A stretch of 64,000 nt of DNA, taken from positions 3,395,943-3,459,942 of the forward strand of contig CM082595.2 of the NCBI GenBank assembly GCA_040954595.2, read 5' to 3'. Positions 37,110 to 51,800 of this stretch are shown here, piece by piece. The stretch is from Balanoglossus misakiensis. Lineage: Eukaryota; Animalia; Hemichordata. A model generated the notes under the pieces. It was not told where the DNA came from. It did no database searches and was given only the letters and a program-made list of their open reading frames with translations. The stretch's first letter is position 1; every line of letters starts with the position of its first letter. The position numbers and the translations under genes were made by a program.

Positions 37110-37266
37110 AACGGAAGAAGCAGAGGGGTCTGGGTAACTGAGACTAGGGCCGCTGTAGTCTCGGTTACCCAGACGCCTTTGCTGGAGACAGTTTTTAGGT
37201 TCTGCGCATCTTTTCTGCACATGAAAAATGGTCGTCCGGACGCGCACGCGTTCGCAATCTCCAGCA
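37110..37266. mobile_element. Two abutting termini of the TAGTCTCGGTTACCCAGAC family separated by 9 bp
   Basis: ...GGAAGAAGCAGAGGGGTCTGGGTAACTGAGACTA (ends 37146) + GGGCCGCTG (37147-37155) + TAGTCTCGGTTACCCAGACGCCTTTGC (from 37156); same family as 1914-2378. Outer ends not found. Confidence 0.8.
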
Positions 37267-39815
37267 TACGCGCATGTATGGCTTGGATGATATTTTACTG
37301 CAAATGGATAGTAAGCACATCTGAATTGCAGCAAACAGCGTAATATATCAGTTGTCTAAATTATCTGAGTTCGAAGTAGGCCTACAGCTACTGTTGAAAT
37401 CGGTTTCGAGAAAAAAAAAGATAGAAAGCTGTTACTTACAAATGTGCGTCGTTGACATTCCTACTTTCAACCATGGTTCTTGTACGTCAAACTCAAAGAT
37501 TGAGTTCCGAACGATGAATAGCGTGGCACCTCAATGACCATCTGACAAATGCACTGGCTGACAACCATCCAATCGAAATATGTCACTCAACAGGTGCATT
37601 TTGTGAAGCATTTGATTGGCTGATGTGACTGAGAATCTCTCCCCCCCCCCCCCTTCAAACATACATAAACAAGCAAGTTTTCACCGTTATACGTCAGGCC
37701 GCAAATGTTAGCATAATACGGACTTCATATTCTGTCAGACGAATACATAGATGGTCTTCTATTATTTCACTATACCTGGCACTAGTAATATGTAAATTTT
37801 GAACGTCTATCAAGCTTATGACCACGTGTCCAGGTGGAGTATTGTGACCCAAGTGCGATAGTTTGCGTTGCATGACACCGGAAGTAAATACCAATTCAAC
37901 CGAAAGAGGGCGCACCTTCATCAATGAGTAAATGTCTATGCTTGCCAATTGAAACAAGTGGCAAATTTAAAAGTTCGGTATCAGTTGCTTATCTTAGGTT
38001 TATAGGCAACCAAAATTTCAGTGAAGAGGCTTTTCAACATTTATGCCGCTTTGCTGTGTATGCCATATGCGGCCATTCATTGACATCTTGCATTCATGTC
38101 AAGTAGATAACGATTATACATACACCCAAATAATCACAAAACAACTTCATATTCTCATAAATGGCTTTATTACTGCTAACAGCACGTAAACAAAAATCTG
38201 TAATGCTAGAATAATATAAAATACAAATATATTAACTTTTATTACCAAAATATATTCATTTTATTGCCTGGATCTCTTTGAAATCAGTCTGCCTTGCATA
38301 ACAAATGTTTTAAGGTTCAATGTCACGCTGTAGAATTTGCTATCAATGTGAAAACATCACTGTCGTCTTTTGTAAAAAAAAAACACCTCAAGGTTGATCA
38401 TATATTATTATATAGTCTCTTCTAAAATTACACTAGCTACAGCATAGCAAAGCTAGCTGAACCAACATGGTCAGAGAGGAATGCAAGATATCTCCATAAA
38501 TGCTTGAGTATATGTTTCTGTACCAGCATTCATGGAAATATATCAGTTATATAAAAATAGGCATTGATATGAGTACACTTGAAGTATTATCATCAGGAAG
38601 CGACATCTTATCACATTAAATATTTCACACAACAATGCCTAGTCTAATTATATCATTGATTTTGCAGGTTACTTTATGCATTTTGACTAAACATGATTAA
38701 TTATTATCCTTTAGGCTGAAACATGTTGCCCATTTGTCTGCGAAAAAGGCACTATAAAAACAATTACACATTAATTTAATTAAGACAGGAAACACACACA
38801 CAAAAAACACTACAAGTGGAATAGTTAAGGTCAATTTGAGATGTAAAAATAAGGCCCAGGTGAAAGGATTGGTACCCAAACCCTCCTCATTGACCCAATG
38901 AAATTTAGTGTACAGCCTGTGCAACCGAGGTAATAGAATTTGTCACCGACGGTAGAGCTTGTACTTTTGCAAAACAGCTGAAACAAATATAACAAAAAAT
39001 TCTCATTTAAATTTACTGTTAAAATATTCATGATAATTTCAGTTTCAAGGCACTTACAATCTAAAGCAACTTTGATTTTCAATATTAAATAAAAACTAAT
39101 GTCCAATACAGCATAGAACACATTTAAAATTACTCAAATGTAGTGCTACTCAAATAAATTACTTCTACTGCATAAACTTTCACACGTGATTAGGATATGA
39201 ATAGACAAAACTTATCCATGTAGGAGCCCACCTTGGACACATTCTTGATAAAAAGTCCAAATGTTTATAAGTCCTTTTAAATAACTTAAAACAATAGCAG
39301 TTGGACAAAACAATACCAGTAACAAAAATTACTCTACCTTACAAACTACATCATTATATGTTTAGATAAATACTGATCATGTTCACAACATTGTAAAAAG
39401 AATACGTTTAAGAAAAATCTGATAAAAAAACTTTTTCATGTTTTGATGATGTAAAATATCTCAATCAAATATTGACTAAAAGGTTATCTGCCTTGCCTTC
39501 AAAAAATTCACTGGCAGAATGCAACTGAAATCCTGTAAAATTGGCAATAGTTTTACACATTTAGACACATAACCAAAAGGATCAACTGGTTGGATTACAT
39601 TTTGTGAAAAGTAAATAATTTTTAGACATCTCCCCCTTTTGCAATTAAGCAGCAATTTAGTCTTGGAATGTTTAAACTGTAAAAGGCAACATCACTAACA
39701 TTGAACACAATTTTTCTTTCACCCCATATGGTACTTTGGTGAGGATCAATGTCATTATGGGACATATCATTTGGGACAAAAACAGGTCATGCACGTGGCA
39801 TGCTTTGGTTAGAAT

Positions 39816-42800
39816 TTAAGGCTGTTCTGGGTCTGACGCATGCAAAGACATGCTGGTCAGATTAGATTCTGGGGCCGGGGGACTCGTTAACGATTTGCTT
39901 CTGATGGGGTAGGTTTTGATTGGAGTGACGTGGCTCGTTTTGTGTGGCCTTGGCTTTTTGGGGCTGGAGGGCATCACTGTGTCTTGAGTGGTGTTGCCAG
40001 TGATGTCTGGACAATTCTTGCTGCTTTCTTGGTTGGAGTCTGTGGACTTCTGAGTTTGCACAGTTAAGTCTTTGCTGAGAGGTTCAGCTCCATCTACGTC
40101 TTCACCAGAGCTCTGTTTTGCTGCTTGCGGTTCTGATGAGAGGTTAACCATTGCTGTTTGCGCTTCTGAGGAGAGATTGACCATTGCTACTTGCGGTTCT
40201 GATGAGAGAGTAACTGTTCCTGCTTGCGGTTCTGATGAGAGATTGACCGGCTCAGCTTCCTTACTTTTCGTGGTTGCCCTGGCGAGACTTCTCTCCTCCT
40301 TCCTCTCCAACATCAGTTTCATGGTCTTCTGATTCATGATGTGCACTTTCCGCCCACTCGACAATTTCTCCACTCTGACTGTATCAAAATCATCAGAATT
40401 GGCATCAAGGAATATGTCCTCATGTGGTTTCCTTGGTGACACGTCCTCCTTCTGATTTATCCCACCTCTGTTTGTCGAACGGTCCATCATCAAGATTCCC
40501 TCAGATGTCACAATGGTGTTTGGCACAATTCCTAGTTGCGCCTGTTCTTCAGAGATACCAAGGCCTAACTGAACTGGTTCATGCTTGTAGGTACAGATAT
40601 CGATATGTTTCTTCAAGCTCATCAGGTAGGTGAACTGTCGAGCACAGTGTGGACATCTGTGCTGCAGCAAAAGCTCGTTCTCTTCCGCGCCATAGCCTTT
40701 GCCGATTTCCTTCAAAGCTTTCTGAACGTTGGCCATCTTTAACTCGTCCCTGTTGGGACACATTTTCATGTGTCTTTCAAGTTTGGCGGGATGGTGAAAG
40801 TCCCTCCCGCACGCCTGGCATGTGCTCTGATCCTTCGAGTTTGATCTGGGGAAATGTATGGGTTTGCGAAACGACCTGACGAAAGCCGATTTGCCACTCC
40901 TTTGCTGGAGGGCCCGCATTCGGATTTTGTCGGCCACGGTCAGACTCGTGTATCGCCTCTTCATTGATTCTGGAACGGTCGCTGGCCTGGAAACCACCTT
41001 CTTCCCGGCCAGGCTATGTTGTGAGGAGGCACCTTCTGTAACAGCACAGATAAAGATATGTTGGTGAAACGCATTAACATCCATGAACGTCCGACCACAT
41101 TTCGTACACACATTTTTTGTCGGCGCTTTGGCGCCAGCCTCGTCACTCTCACCTGACGACGCCTTGGCAACCGATTCACATTGCTGGTTCACTCGCGATT
41201 CATTTTCGCTCTCAGAATAAAACTCGGCCGTTGTCGTGGACACAGAACTTACAGCTTGACCAGCCGCGCTCGTTTCTAGCTCTACAACTTCGTCTCCTTT
41301 TCTCGGATCAGTAAAATTTTGTTTTCTCACCATTCTCGTTCCGGGATCTACAAAGGCATAGTTAACATTGTGGTGGGCGGTGGCGTGATGCTGCTGCAAC
41401 TGAGCCTTGGAGGTGAACTCCTTGCGACAGACGACGCACGGGAGTGTCTGCTTCATCCCGTGGTTCCTCGCTCGATGATCCATCAGTTTCTGGACGTCCT
41501 TGAACAGCATGAAGCAGAACTCGCACTTGTAGGGCCATTCGGCCATGTGCACGATGACGTGGTCGCTGCGATCCTTGATGCTGTGGAACAGGACTCCGCA
41601 CACGTTGCAGGTTATCTGCTTCGCGGCTCCTGCTGATGTTTGAGGAACTCCACCACGATGGTCGGCAGCAGAAGTCATGGGCTGCCTGTATGTTCCCGGT
41701 TTACCCATGGAATACGCACTCAACGCTTGCAGTGAAGAAGTAGGATGCTGCATAGCTGACCCAGCATTGCTGGTTGTCAACGTGTCTCCAGCTCGGGCAA
41801 TGAGGCCTTCTGATTGATTTGTCAGGACACGCTGAGCCGAGGGTGGATGTGTAGAATTACTATTTCTGAGGTCAAGGGCTTGACCCGCAGTACCAGTGGT
41901 GGACATCATACCGGTAGACGGTTGCCTGTTTACCTCCTGTTCGGCTCTGAAATCCACTCTTTGACGTTTCGCGCTTAGATTGACGACTGAATCAGACTCG
42001 CTTGTCGGTCTTTTCGCTTGGCCCTGGGAGGGGGCGGGCATTCTTCTGAGATACGACTGAGGAACCGACACTGGTGACGATGAGTTCTGCACAGACCTGG
42101 GCACCATCTGCACAGGATGCGCAACCATCCTGACTGCATTGGACACTGCCTGCCCACCGACCACAACAGACGAGGCAGAAGAATTCACCACGTTCTGGGT
42201 AAGGACCGGTACAGAAACAGAACTTCTTGTCTGGTCAGAGGATAATGTGTGTACAGGACTTCTTTGAACCGTTGTACTGGTACTTTGATTCTGGTTGACA
42301 CTGGAGTGTGTGGAGGCGGGGCTGTTTGGAGTTGCCTGGGCCAGCTGAGGATTGTGAGCTCTTATGTTTTGAATAACCGCAGCCAGGTTTGCACGTTTCC
42401 CAGCCACACGGACCTTTGGCTTTTGACCTGTACTTGACGGTGACGGCGAGTTTTGGTTCTGAGTTGGTGGGCGATCCTGCGAGTTTTGGTTTTGAGTTGG
42501 AGCGCGATCCTGTGCTGGTCTGTACTGCGGTCTACTGCTTGGGGTTTGTTCAGGGTGTCTGAACGTGTGAGCGACTTGACTACTGTTTGGTGTAGGCACT
42601 GTGAGTACTGGGGCACTAGGCTGACGAGAGACCACGGCTGGACTGGAAACAACAACACCAGGAGGCTGGGCAGTTGCAGGCATCTGACCCGGTTGGCTGA
42701 CATGTCGCACAATGGTTGTTGTGTTTGTAGAGCTCCCTTGGCTGGCTGGTAAAACGTGCTTGATTGTAGTGGTTGTACTTTTCACAGCTGCGTCCCTCGG

Positions 42801-45800
42801 CTTTCCGATAAGTCCAGGAATAGGTTGCCTTGGTGGGGGCTGGAATCCAACAGGTGGTGCAAATCTTCCCTGGGAAGCGGTGCTAAAAATCGGAATTGAT
42901 GGATGCAGTTGGTGTAAGCTGGCTCCAGCTTGTGAAATACTGCTCACCATTTTTGACTGTTGACCAACAGACATTCCACCAACTGAACTGCCCACCAGGT
43001 AGTTATTGAACGATGGCTTTGCGGCGTTACTCAATACAGTATTGGATTGTCGCGCCACAGGATTTATCTGTCCTCGCACTCTAGACTGATGGAACACCTG
43101 TGGTGAACGGGCATGGTGAGCCTGGGAGGCAGGTGGCACCCTGTTAGTGTAAGGTTGTCGGGGGACTGTTAGTGTTTGAGCCATGCTACTTCTTGCGTGC
43201 GACATTTGCCCCGGGCCCATTAAGACAGTTAGGTTGGACGATGTGGCCGTAGGTACAATTATGCTAGTATTTCTTGGCATATTTGGAGGTGGTGCCTTGC
43301 ATGCTGGGTTAGGTTGACTTGGCGCATTTTGATAGGGGCTCTTTTGTGGGACTGCTCGGTGTTGCGCTGGTATCTTCTGGGGTGGAGTTGCTTGTTTTCT
43401 CGATATCGACGGACTGAAATCTTTCGGTCTATTGCTTCCTCCGAAAGGCGGTCTGGTGTATGGATTTGGTGTTTGAACTCTGAAGTTGTCGGGAACCCCT
43501 GTGCCTCTTGGCGTGCTGCTCTTCACAGTAGCGCTGTTCATGAGTCCAGTCACTCTGACTTGGGAGTGTGCAAACTCCGGTTTGCCAGTGGAGCTGGGAC
43601 TGCCTTGGACCATAGATGTTTGATGACTGCTACTGCTGCCTGTGCGGGGTGTATGCTGAGGTATGCTTTGCAGGTGATCTCTGATCGGGGGAGTGTGTTT
43701 CATCTTGGCTGGTCTGGTTACAGTTTTGACAACTGCGATATCGGGAGAACTCTCAGGTGGTATTTTGTGAGTATCTTCAGGGAGAGAATCAGTGGCTGCT
43801 GCTGTTGTTGTTGCTGGGGTTTCTGCATCTGACGGAATCGCAACTAACGACTTGGGTGCCGGTACTTCAGGTTTCTCCAGATCCTCTTGATTGGGGCTGA
43901 CCATCGTCTTGGGAAACTGACTTTCACTCGGGATCACAACAGTGTGAACACTGGGAGAATTCGTCGTATTCGTCCCGATGACAATCTTTGCGTCCTCTTC
44001 AATGACCTTGTCAGCTTCTTCACTGTCCCCCACTTGTATTTTACCATCAAGGTACTTGCTGAGGTTGTCAGTGTCTCCCACTTGTATTTTACCATCCAGG
44101 TACTTGCTGAGGTTGTCAGGAACCGTGTCCTTCAAGTCGTCTGTGTCTATGTACCCCTCTGGGGTCTGGTCGTCCTCTGTGTACTCATCCCAAGTTTCGC
44201 GGACACTCTCGGTTTCCGTCTTCTTCTTGTGGATGTGCCCTATGTGCTTCCTCATGCTCGTCTGGCTGTTGAAGATCCGCCCGCACCACGGGCACATGTG
44301 GTCCTCGCCCGGTGGTTTCATGGGAAGCGACGAGTCCTGGTACAGATCGGCCGCGACGAGTCGCTTGTAGCGCTTCGCTTTTCCCTTCAGGAACTTGGGA
44401 GCCCTCCTCCGTCTCCTCTTCTTCTTCTTCTGCAGTTCCTTGTTGACCGTGTGCTCGTTCTGTTTGTGCCGCTGCAGGTCTGTGTTCTGTATGAAAGTGA
44501 CGTCACACTGGTCGCAAGTGTGCGATTTATACCCCTGGTGCAGCTTCTCGTGCCGTCTGGTGTTCGCGATCGTTCCAAACTTCTTCCCGCAGTGACCACA
44601 GCTGTAAGGTTTCTCCCCGCTGTGAATCAAGAGATGTCTCTCTAAACCTTGTTTGCAAATGAACTGGCGGCTACACTTGTGACAATTCAGTACTGCCTGT
44701 TTGGGATGAGAAAGCATGTGATTTTCAAGTCTCTTGAGCGATTTCAGTAGTTTACCACACAATTTACACGGATAAAGGGGTTTATTATCGCCACTCTGCT
44801 CAGAGTTTTCAAAGTCTTCGTCCAACGCGACATTTGAATCTGGACTGGCTGCATCATCATTCTTCTCAGACGAACTCTGTACACTTTCATTTCTATCGAT
44901 TTCTGTTTGATTTCTTATCTTGAACCCCAGTTTGTCGTGCAGCTGTGTCGTGAGAAATTTGTCCCGGTCTTCCTTGTCGTCTTCCAGAAGGCTTTCCCTC
45001 CTTTTCCGTTCCTCCTTCAGGCTGGCTCCTCTTGTTCGTATCCTCTCCCGCTGATGAGCAACTTTCGTGGTCTTGCCGGTGGCCGGGATGCGTTTATACT
45101 TGTCCTCGACGTGGTGAACAAAATAGTGGCGTTTCAAACTATGGGGATACTCCACAGTACATGGGCACAGCTTGCATTTATACAGGGTCTTCCTCCTCTT
45201 TCCTCTCACCAAGTGGTCACTTTTGATGTCGATTTTGTATTCTCTGAAATCAGAGTATATCAGTGGATTTCCGTCAGCGTCCAGCTGGGGTGGAAGGAAC
45301 ACCTTCTGGTAGTATAAAGCATTCCAATCATCAATTTTCGGTTCTTCTCCATTGGCATCAGTTTTTCGGATTTCATCTTCATTATTGTTACCATTAGTTG
45401 CCGATTCATCAGTAGTTCCTTCTCCCAATCCACTTTTAGGAGGTAGATCTGCTTCGTCAGTTACACCAGACCCATTGCTTTCACATGCATTTTCTGGCTG
45501 TCTGGAAACCTGTTCATTCTGTCCATCAACGTCGAGACTTTCCATCTCCTTCCCTTCCTCCCTCGTCTCTTTGCCAATTTTGTCACCATCCGGAACGACC
45601 GCTTCTGAGATGGAGTGGTGGGGTTGCATAGCTTCAGATATGTTGGCTGAACTTTCCTCTGCTGCATCAGCCTTCTCCTGATCCGGCTGTTCATGTACTT
45701 CCATTGGAAGCGAGTCTCCCATCTTTTCACACGGCTTAACAGCGTCGCCACTGCCAAGTTCGTCACCAGTTTTCAATTCTTCTGAAGGGGGTTGAATGCA

Positions 45801-48800
45801 TACAAGACTCTCATCAGATTCTTTGCCAAGGTGACTACCCTCTTCCTGTACTATTTCGTTGTCTTCCGTGCTGACCTCTGACCCAGGCGCATTAGTACTG
45901 CACGTTTCGACCACCATTTCAACAGGCTCAGAGTTTAACATGCTTTCTTCTGGACCCGCAACATTGATGCTTAATTCATCCTTTGCCGCCAATGAATTTT
46001 GATCGGATGATTTCGTCACCAGTGGAAGTGGTTCATCATCACCTGAGGTAACGCTAGAATCAACAGCGGGTGCAGTCGAATGTGATTTTTTTGGTGTTAG
46101 ATCTGCCATTCCTGAACTGACTAACTCTGTTTTTTCGCAGACAGAGTCTTGACATACAGGGTTGATATCTGCAATGACTGGTGAGCTTTCGTCTGTTCCT
46201 CCAGTTTGTCTATTCAACTCATTCTCTCCAGCCAACGCATTCTTTAAAATATGTGCCTCGCCCTGCTTCTCGGAAAGAGGAATTTTCATTTCCTTCACAT
46301 CATCCTTTGAAGCAAGTTCCTCATTATTTCCATCCATTTCCATGGTCACCTCATTCATCTCCGAATCTTGTGTATCCTTGGCAACAGTCAAATCCATTTG
46401 TTCTGCACTCACTGCTAAACTCTCGACGAAATTATCACACACAAACACTGTGCTGACCATGTTGGACTGGACATCGTTTGTAGAAGCCTCGTCAACCGCT
46501 GGACTAGCAGTGAAATCATAATAGCGTTGGGTGTAATCATGATCGGTGATGTTCATTATACCTCTTTCATATCTGCTTTCCAAATACGCCGGCTGAGGGG
46601 AGGACTCCAGGTTAAGAGGAGTGGAATGTGACATTGCATCTGCTTCATGTTGAGAACCAGCTTCACTTTCCGAGTCTGCCGTGTTGACTGTTAAATCCAC
46701 AGGTTTCTCAATGAAAAGTGCAACACTGGGCTTCGCTGGTTCGTCCCCTTTTTCCTGGAGAGTACCTCCATCGCCAGACAGAGATGACAAGTTGATGGGC
46801 TCCTTCAATGAAACATCAGATCTTTCATTAGCACCGTTGTCAATTTCCGACACCTCTCCTTCAATAGTGGGTGATTTGTCAGTCATCGCATGATTACTAC
46901 TATTGTCACTTAGTGTGTTTCCCACCGTACCAGTTAGTATTGGTTTGGCGGGTTCTTGGACTCCAGAACTGACAACATTCTGTACTTGGCACTCTTTCTC
47001 AGCATGTAAATTCCTGTCCACATTTTCTTTAGTCCCTTCAGGTAGTCCAGTGCTAAGATCAGCAGCATCTGTACCTGCATCAGATGATATGTCAGTTTGT
47101 CCAACTCCAGGTTCACCAGATTGATCACACAGTGCCGAACTAGGCATTTCCCTACAGGTTTTAACATCCTGTGTCTCTTGATGTACACGAGGCATAGTTT
47201 CATTCACAGACGATTCATTGGTTGTGTTTATCTCATCCATCTTTAGTCCAGCATTCTTTTCAGCTGCAGTGTCAATTGACTTGTCAGACAAGTCACGGGG
47301 TAACAGTTCATTACCTGAGTGGGATAAATCATCATTCTTTCTGTGAAGTGACACCGTGTCGATCTTGTTGCTTTCCATCTCAGGCTGGCTGGCAGTGTGT
47401 GCTTTGCTCACACTACAGCTAGGCTCACCACTCAAACTATTACTTGGTTTACTTGTCATGTGATTTTTCTCCTCGTTCAGGTTTTTGTCTAACTCCACAC
47501 TCGCATTCAGTGGGATGTCACCCTCCTCCTGTTGGTAGATGCTTCCAAATGTCATATTCTGCATTTTACCCTCATCGTCACACTCTTTCCTGTTAGCTGT
47601 GGCATCATCGATTTCACTTTGGTGATCAAGTGCTTCACTTTCTCCACACGTTGCTGTCTGTATCAGATTGTCACTCCCACTTCTTGTTGGCATAGAGTAA
47701 TCCACACAGAAATCTGCTGCCACTCTTTCAAGGATGGGCATCCTGATGTCTTCAAACTCAGCAAGCTTGCCTGATCTCTCTGGTGGAACAAAAAAACATA
47801 GTTCAATTATAAACGTGGGAAAACTTTCTAATTGAGTTACACAGTCAAACCAGTTAACCATTTACACATACGATAAGGCCACACAGCAAAAAAAAAATTG
47901 TTTGTGAAATATTATTGATGAGAACACTGCAGTGATATATTTTGGTATACTTTACCTGTATCAGTTTCACCACTGTCAGAATTTTTGTCCAGCTCAGGCA
48001 AGTCATCAACTTCCGTCTCATCCATGAACTTCATCTCATCATTGGCATTTCCTTCAGCATCATTTGTGGCATTTTCGGTCATAGATAGATTGATGGAGTC
48101 CTGTGAAATAGTCTCAACATTTCTCGTCTGATTTTCTTCATGCATATCCATAATTTCATCTTTTTTCTGTTTCGGCTGAATGTTTTTGATCTTAACGAGT
48201 GCGGTTTCGTCAGAACCGGCAGCAGAGTCGCCGACACCGGAATCAGTTCTGTTTTTCACGTCCGAACTCTTCACTTTCTGTTTCTTCTCTTCCGGAATCT
48301 GATCATTATTATCCACACTGTCGACTTGACTATCCACATCAGTTTCATCATCATCATCAGATTCCTCGTCAGAGCTGGTCTTGTCCTGATCTTCATCCGA
48401 CGTCAGATCAAACACACCACCCCTACTCCTTGTCCTCCTGCCGATTCCCGTCGCGCCTGTCTGCTGGTCGAGCATCAACCGTCGACTTTTCAGCGACGTC
48501 GCTGTCGTCCTTTTCGGAGCACTTGCTGCTGTATGACTTTCTTTGAACTTTTTGACCTCCACGCTGCCCTTTCGCTTTCTCTTTCGCTTCCTCCCCCTCT
48601 TTTTCACTTTGATTTCCTCTGGGTGCCCTTGACAAAGAGTCTGTGTTGTGGTGGAGTTACTTGTGGCCAGACCACCTTCTGCTTCTGTTGGTATGTTGTA
48701 CCAACAAAGAAGTTCTTCATCAGCCTTCACATCCTGAAAAGTCAATGAAATATTAAGATATAAGTTTCATCCACATTCACGAAATACATCAACTCAACCC

Positions 48801-51800
48801 TTTCACCACCATGGTTTGGTCCAAAACCATTGTTTTCTATGGTAAAACCAGACCTTTGTAGAGGGAAATGGGGATGAAAGGGTTAGAATAGTCTAATCAT
48901 TTCTTATGCCATAACCCCAGAACTAGCTCACCTTAATTGTCTTGTAGAATATCTCCTTCTGATGCTGCATGGCCACCATGTTTTGCTCTTCATAATAGCG
49001 AGCGCATTTGATGTACCTCATCCAGTTGGACTTCTTAGGGTCCGATGCATCGATGCAAAACAACCGCCTCCCCTTTGGGCCTTTGATCTGAAAATCACAG
49101 CAGAGTAAATTCAATAAATTAGTGTTTTTATCGAGTTTCGTACTGTCCTTAAAATGTCAGCATACTTGCAGTGGTGTTTGACTTTCTCGGGTCAATACAT
49201 AATATAGTGAAACCCATCGAAACCGAACCCTGTCTAATCAGGAAACCTGTCTATACTGAACACATTTTCCAGTCCCCTCGACATAGAACCACATGTTAAA
49301 AGAACCTCTATAAACCGGACACCTCTGCAAACCGAACAATTTCTTCAGTCCCTTTGGTGTTCGGTTTAGACAGGTCTTACTGTATATGTCATGTGAATGT
49401 AGACTGAAGCAGGATCACTCACCTCCCAGGAGTAGTACGGATCACAATCATCGCTGACCTTTTTCTTCTCTCCTGCATACGGCCCGAATGTGGTACCCTC
49501 TTTGATGTTCTCCTTGGACCACACACCTGTGCAACAAAAAAGAAAAACATGGAATTGTAAGTGACAGAATGAATGTAAACACAAACATGCATGCAGTTCA
49601 TCTCCATTACAATTCTCAAGCATTGTAATCATTTGTAACAGACACTGTACTAAAATTGTATTGTGGTGCGAACCCAAATTCATGTACTAGGTTTTTAGAG
49701 TGGTATACATGTAATGAACTGCTGGTGTACAAGTACATGAATTAGGACAATGAAAAAAAGAAAGAAAGCAATTTGTCACTTTCACCATGAGCAGTTCTCA
49801 ACGACCTTCATTATTTCAAGTGGATTTCAAGGATGGCTAAATATTTTCAAATGGAATTTTAGATTACAAAAGGTCAAAGACTGTCAACAGTACACATACA
49901 TTCCATTGTATGGGCAAGTCACCTGCACAACCAGCCAAATACATTTTGATGACAAATTAAACTATTGAAGGATTTTCCCAAGAATATGTACATAGTTTTA
50001 AATTACAGGCCTCGGTACATTCCTTGCTTGTCTCATAATACCTTGAACATTTGGACAACCTTCAAAACATTACCACAACACAGTGTGATCGGTGAAAACT
50101 CACTCACTGATATTACCAATGATTAACCATAACAAACCAGGTCATCCGTGCAATAGATCAGTCTTTTTGCTAATTGAAAACCAAGTGTAAGTTTATTATA
50201 ATTTTCACACTATGGATGACTAATTTCACTGCATGTGTGAGTTGAAAAATTTCTAGGACAAACTCTCCAAGCATAAAAACCCCTCAAGCATTTAACAATT
50301 AACAGACACAGGCAACATACCATCGTTGCCAATTCAAAGAGGAACCATTCTATGTAGTATTGTTAAAATGCCAGTACACTGTTCAGATGATATATGACCA
50401 TACCCTGGTATAAATAAAAGTTACTGCTGCAATAAAATGCTTTGTTGAATGTACAATTATGTGTAGGTGACCTGTCACCTTTTCTGGCTCTGCTTCCACA
50501 CTTTCTGGAGAACCTCAAAACTGTGCAATGGCATTATCCTTAACCCTCTTACCCCCATGGTTCAGTCCAAACCCATTGTTTTCTATGGGAAGTTTGGACC
50601 TCTATAGAGGGAACTGGGGGGTCAAAGTGTTGATAAGGGGACAATAACACATCACTTCCAAACCCATGTGGAACCCTGCTACTAAAATATCCAGTACCAC
50701 ACTAAACATTGCATGTATTTGGGGCGTGTTTTCCTTCATTGTAGAAATGTCTTTGTTTACATATCAACACCTACAAAAGTGCTTGAAATTCCTCTTATAC
50801 CGATTTGTACCACTCGTGAAGTTCAACAGCCGTTGCCATGCACGGAAATCATGCTTCCATAACAGCTGTTCAGTAAGGTGTAATTGTACACACAAAATGA
50901 TAACCTACACATACCATTACCAAATGCTTAATTTTTCACCCACTAATATTAACCTGCTGTGATCATTAACCCGGAAATACTGTCAACATCAATGATTGAT
51001 AACTTACATTTATGTCAATACCAACACTTCAGAGTATACAACTATCAGACATGCTGTTCACATGAGTGGACACAGGTCAGGTCACAGGCTATTAACACAT
51101 GCATGGATACATGTAGATAAATATATACCTACCATGTACATATGAGAACAATTAATTTCTTGCATGAATGAACCTCTTAATACATGCAAACATTCAATGT
51201 CCCGAATCTAATCCCATAAAAAAGTTTTGCCAAATTGCCTACCAGTCTTAAATTTTTATGGGAATTAAGACAAGATTTCGCATCATTTATCAAACAATCA
51301 ACGACTATTATAGAAATCGGTATGCTATTCATTCAATACAAAATGACCTGTTTCAACGTCCTCGAAATGAAGGCTTACAATAATGCAAGCCCTTGTTAAT
51401 CCCTTATTGTATTAATGTTGAGTAATTACGCATCCATGCATCTTGATCATATATGCGTAATAACATCTCAGTTACAATGGCGAGTCAACCAGGGCTGCCG
51501 GACATGTTCCACATTATGATGATTACATTTCATTAAATGGAGTCTCCACTAAACCCAGGCAAGATCCAACAAATCAATTATTGAAGCAATTCATCAATGC
51601 AAACCACACAGAGTCCTCCTCTGAGACACGGGGCCGATCAAAACAGATTAATTTCTGCGGGTGATGAAAGCCTTCCTGAATACAAGACGAATGAACTTCT
51701 TTGAGAGCACAGCTATTTTCGTATCACGTGAGAAGGGAAGATCAAATATAGTGACTGTGCAAAATACAATGTAAACCCATTGTTTGCACTTATCCCTTGA

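Noticed and set aside
40072-48748. Numerous plus-strand and alternative-frame ORFs over PRDM2 (similar shadow ORFs overlie TMEM26, SF3B4 and the DIPK1-like gene)
   Set aside because: Shadow ORFs of real coding exons.
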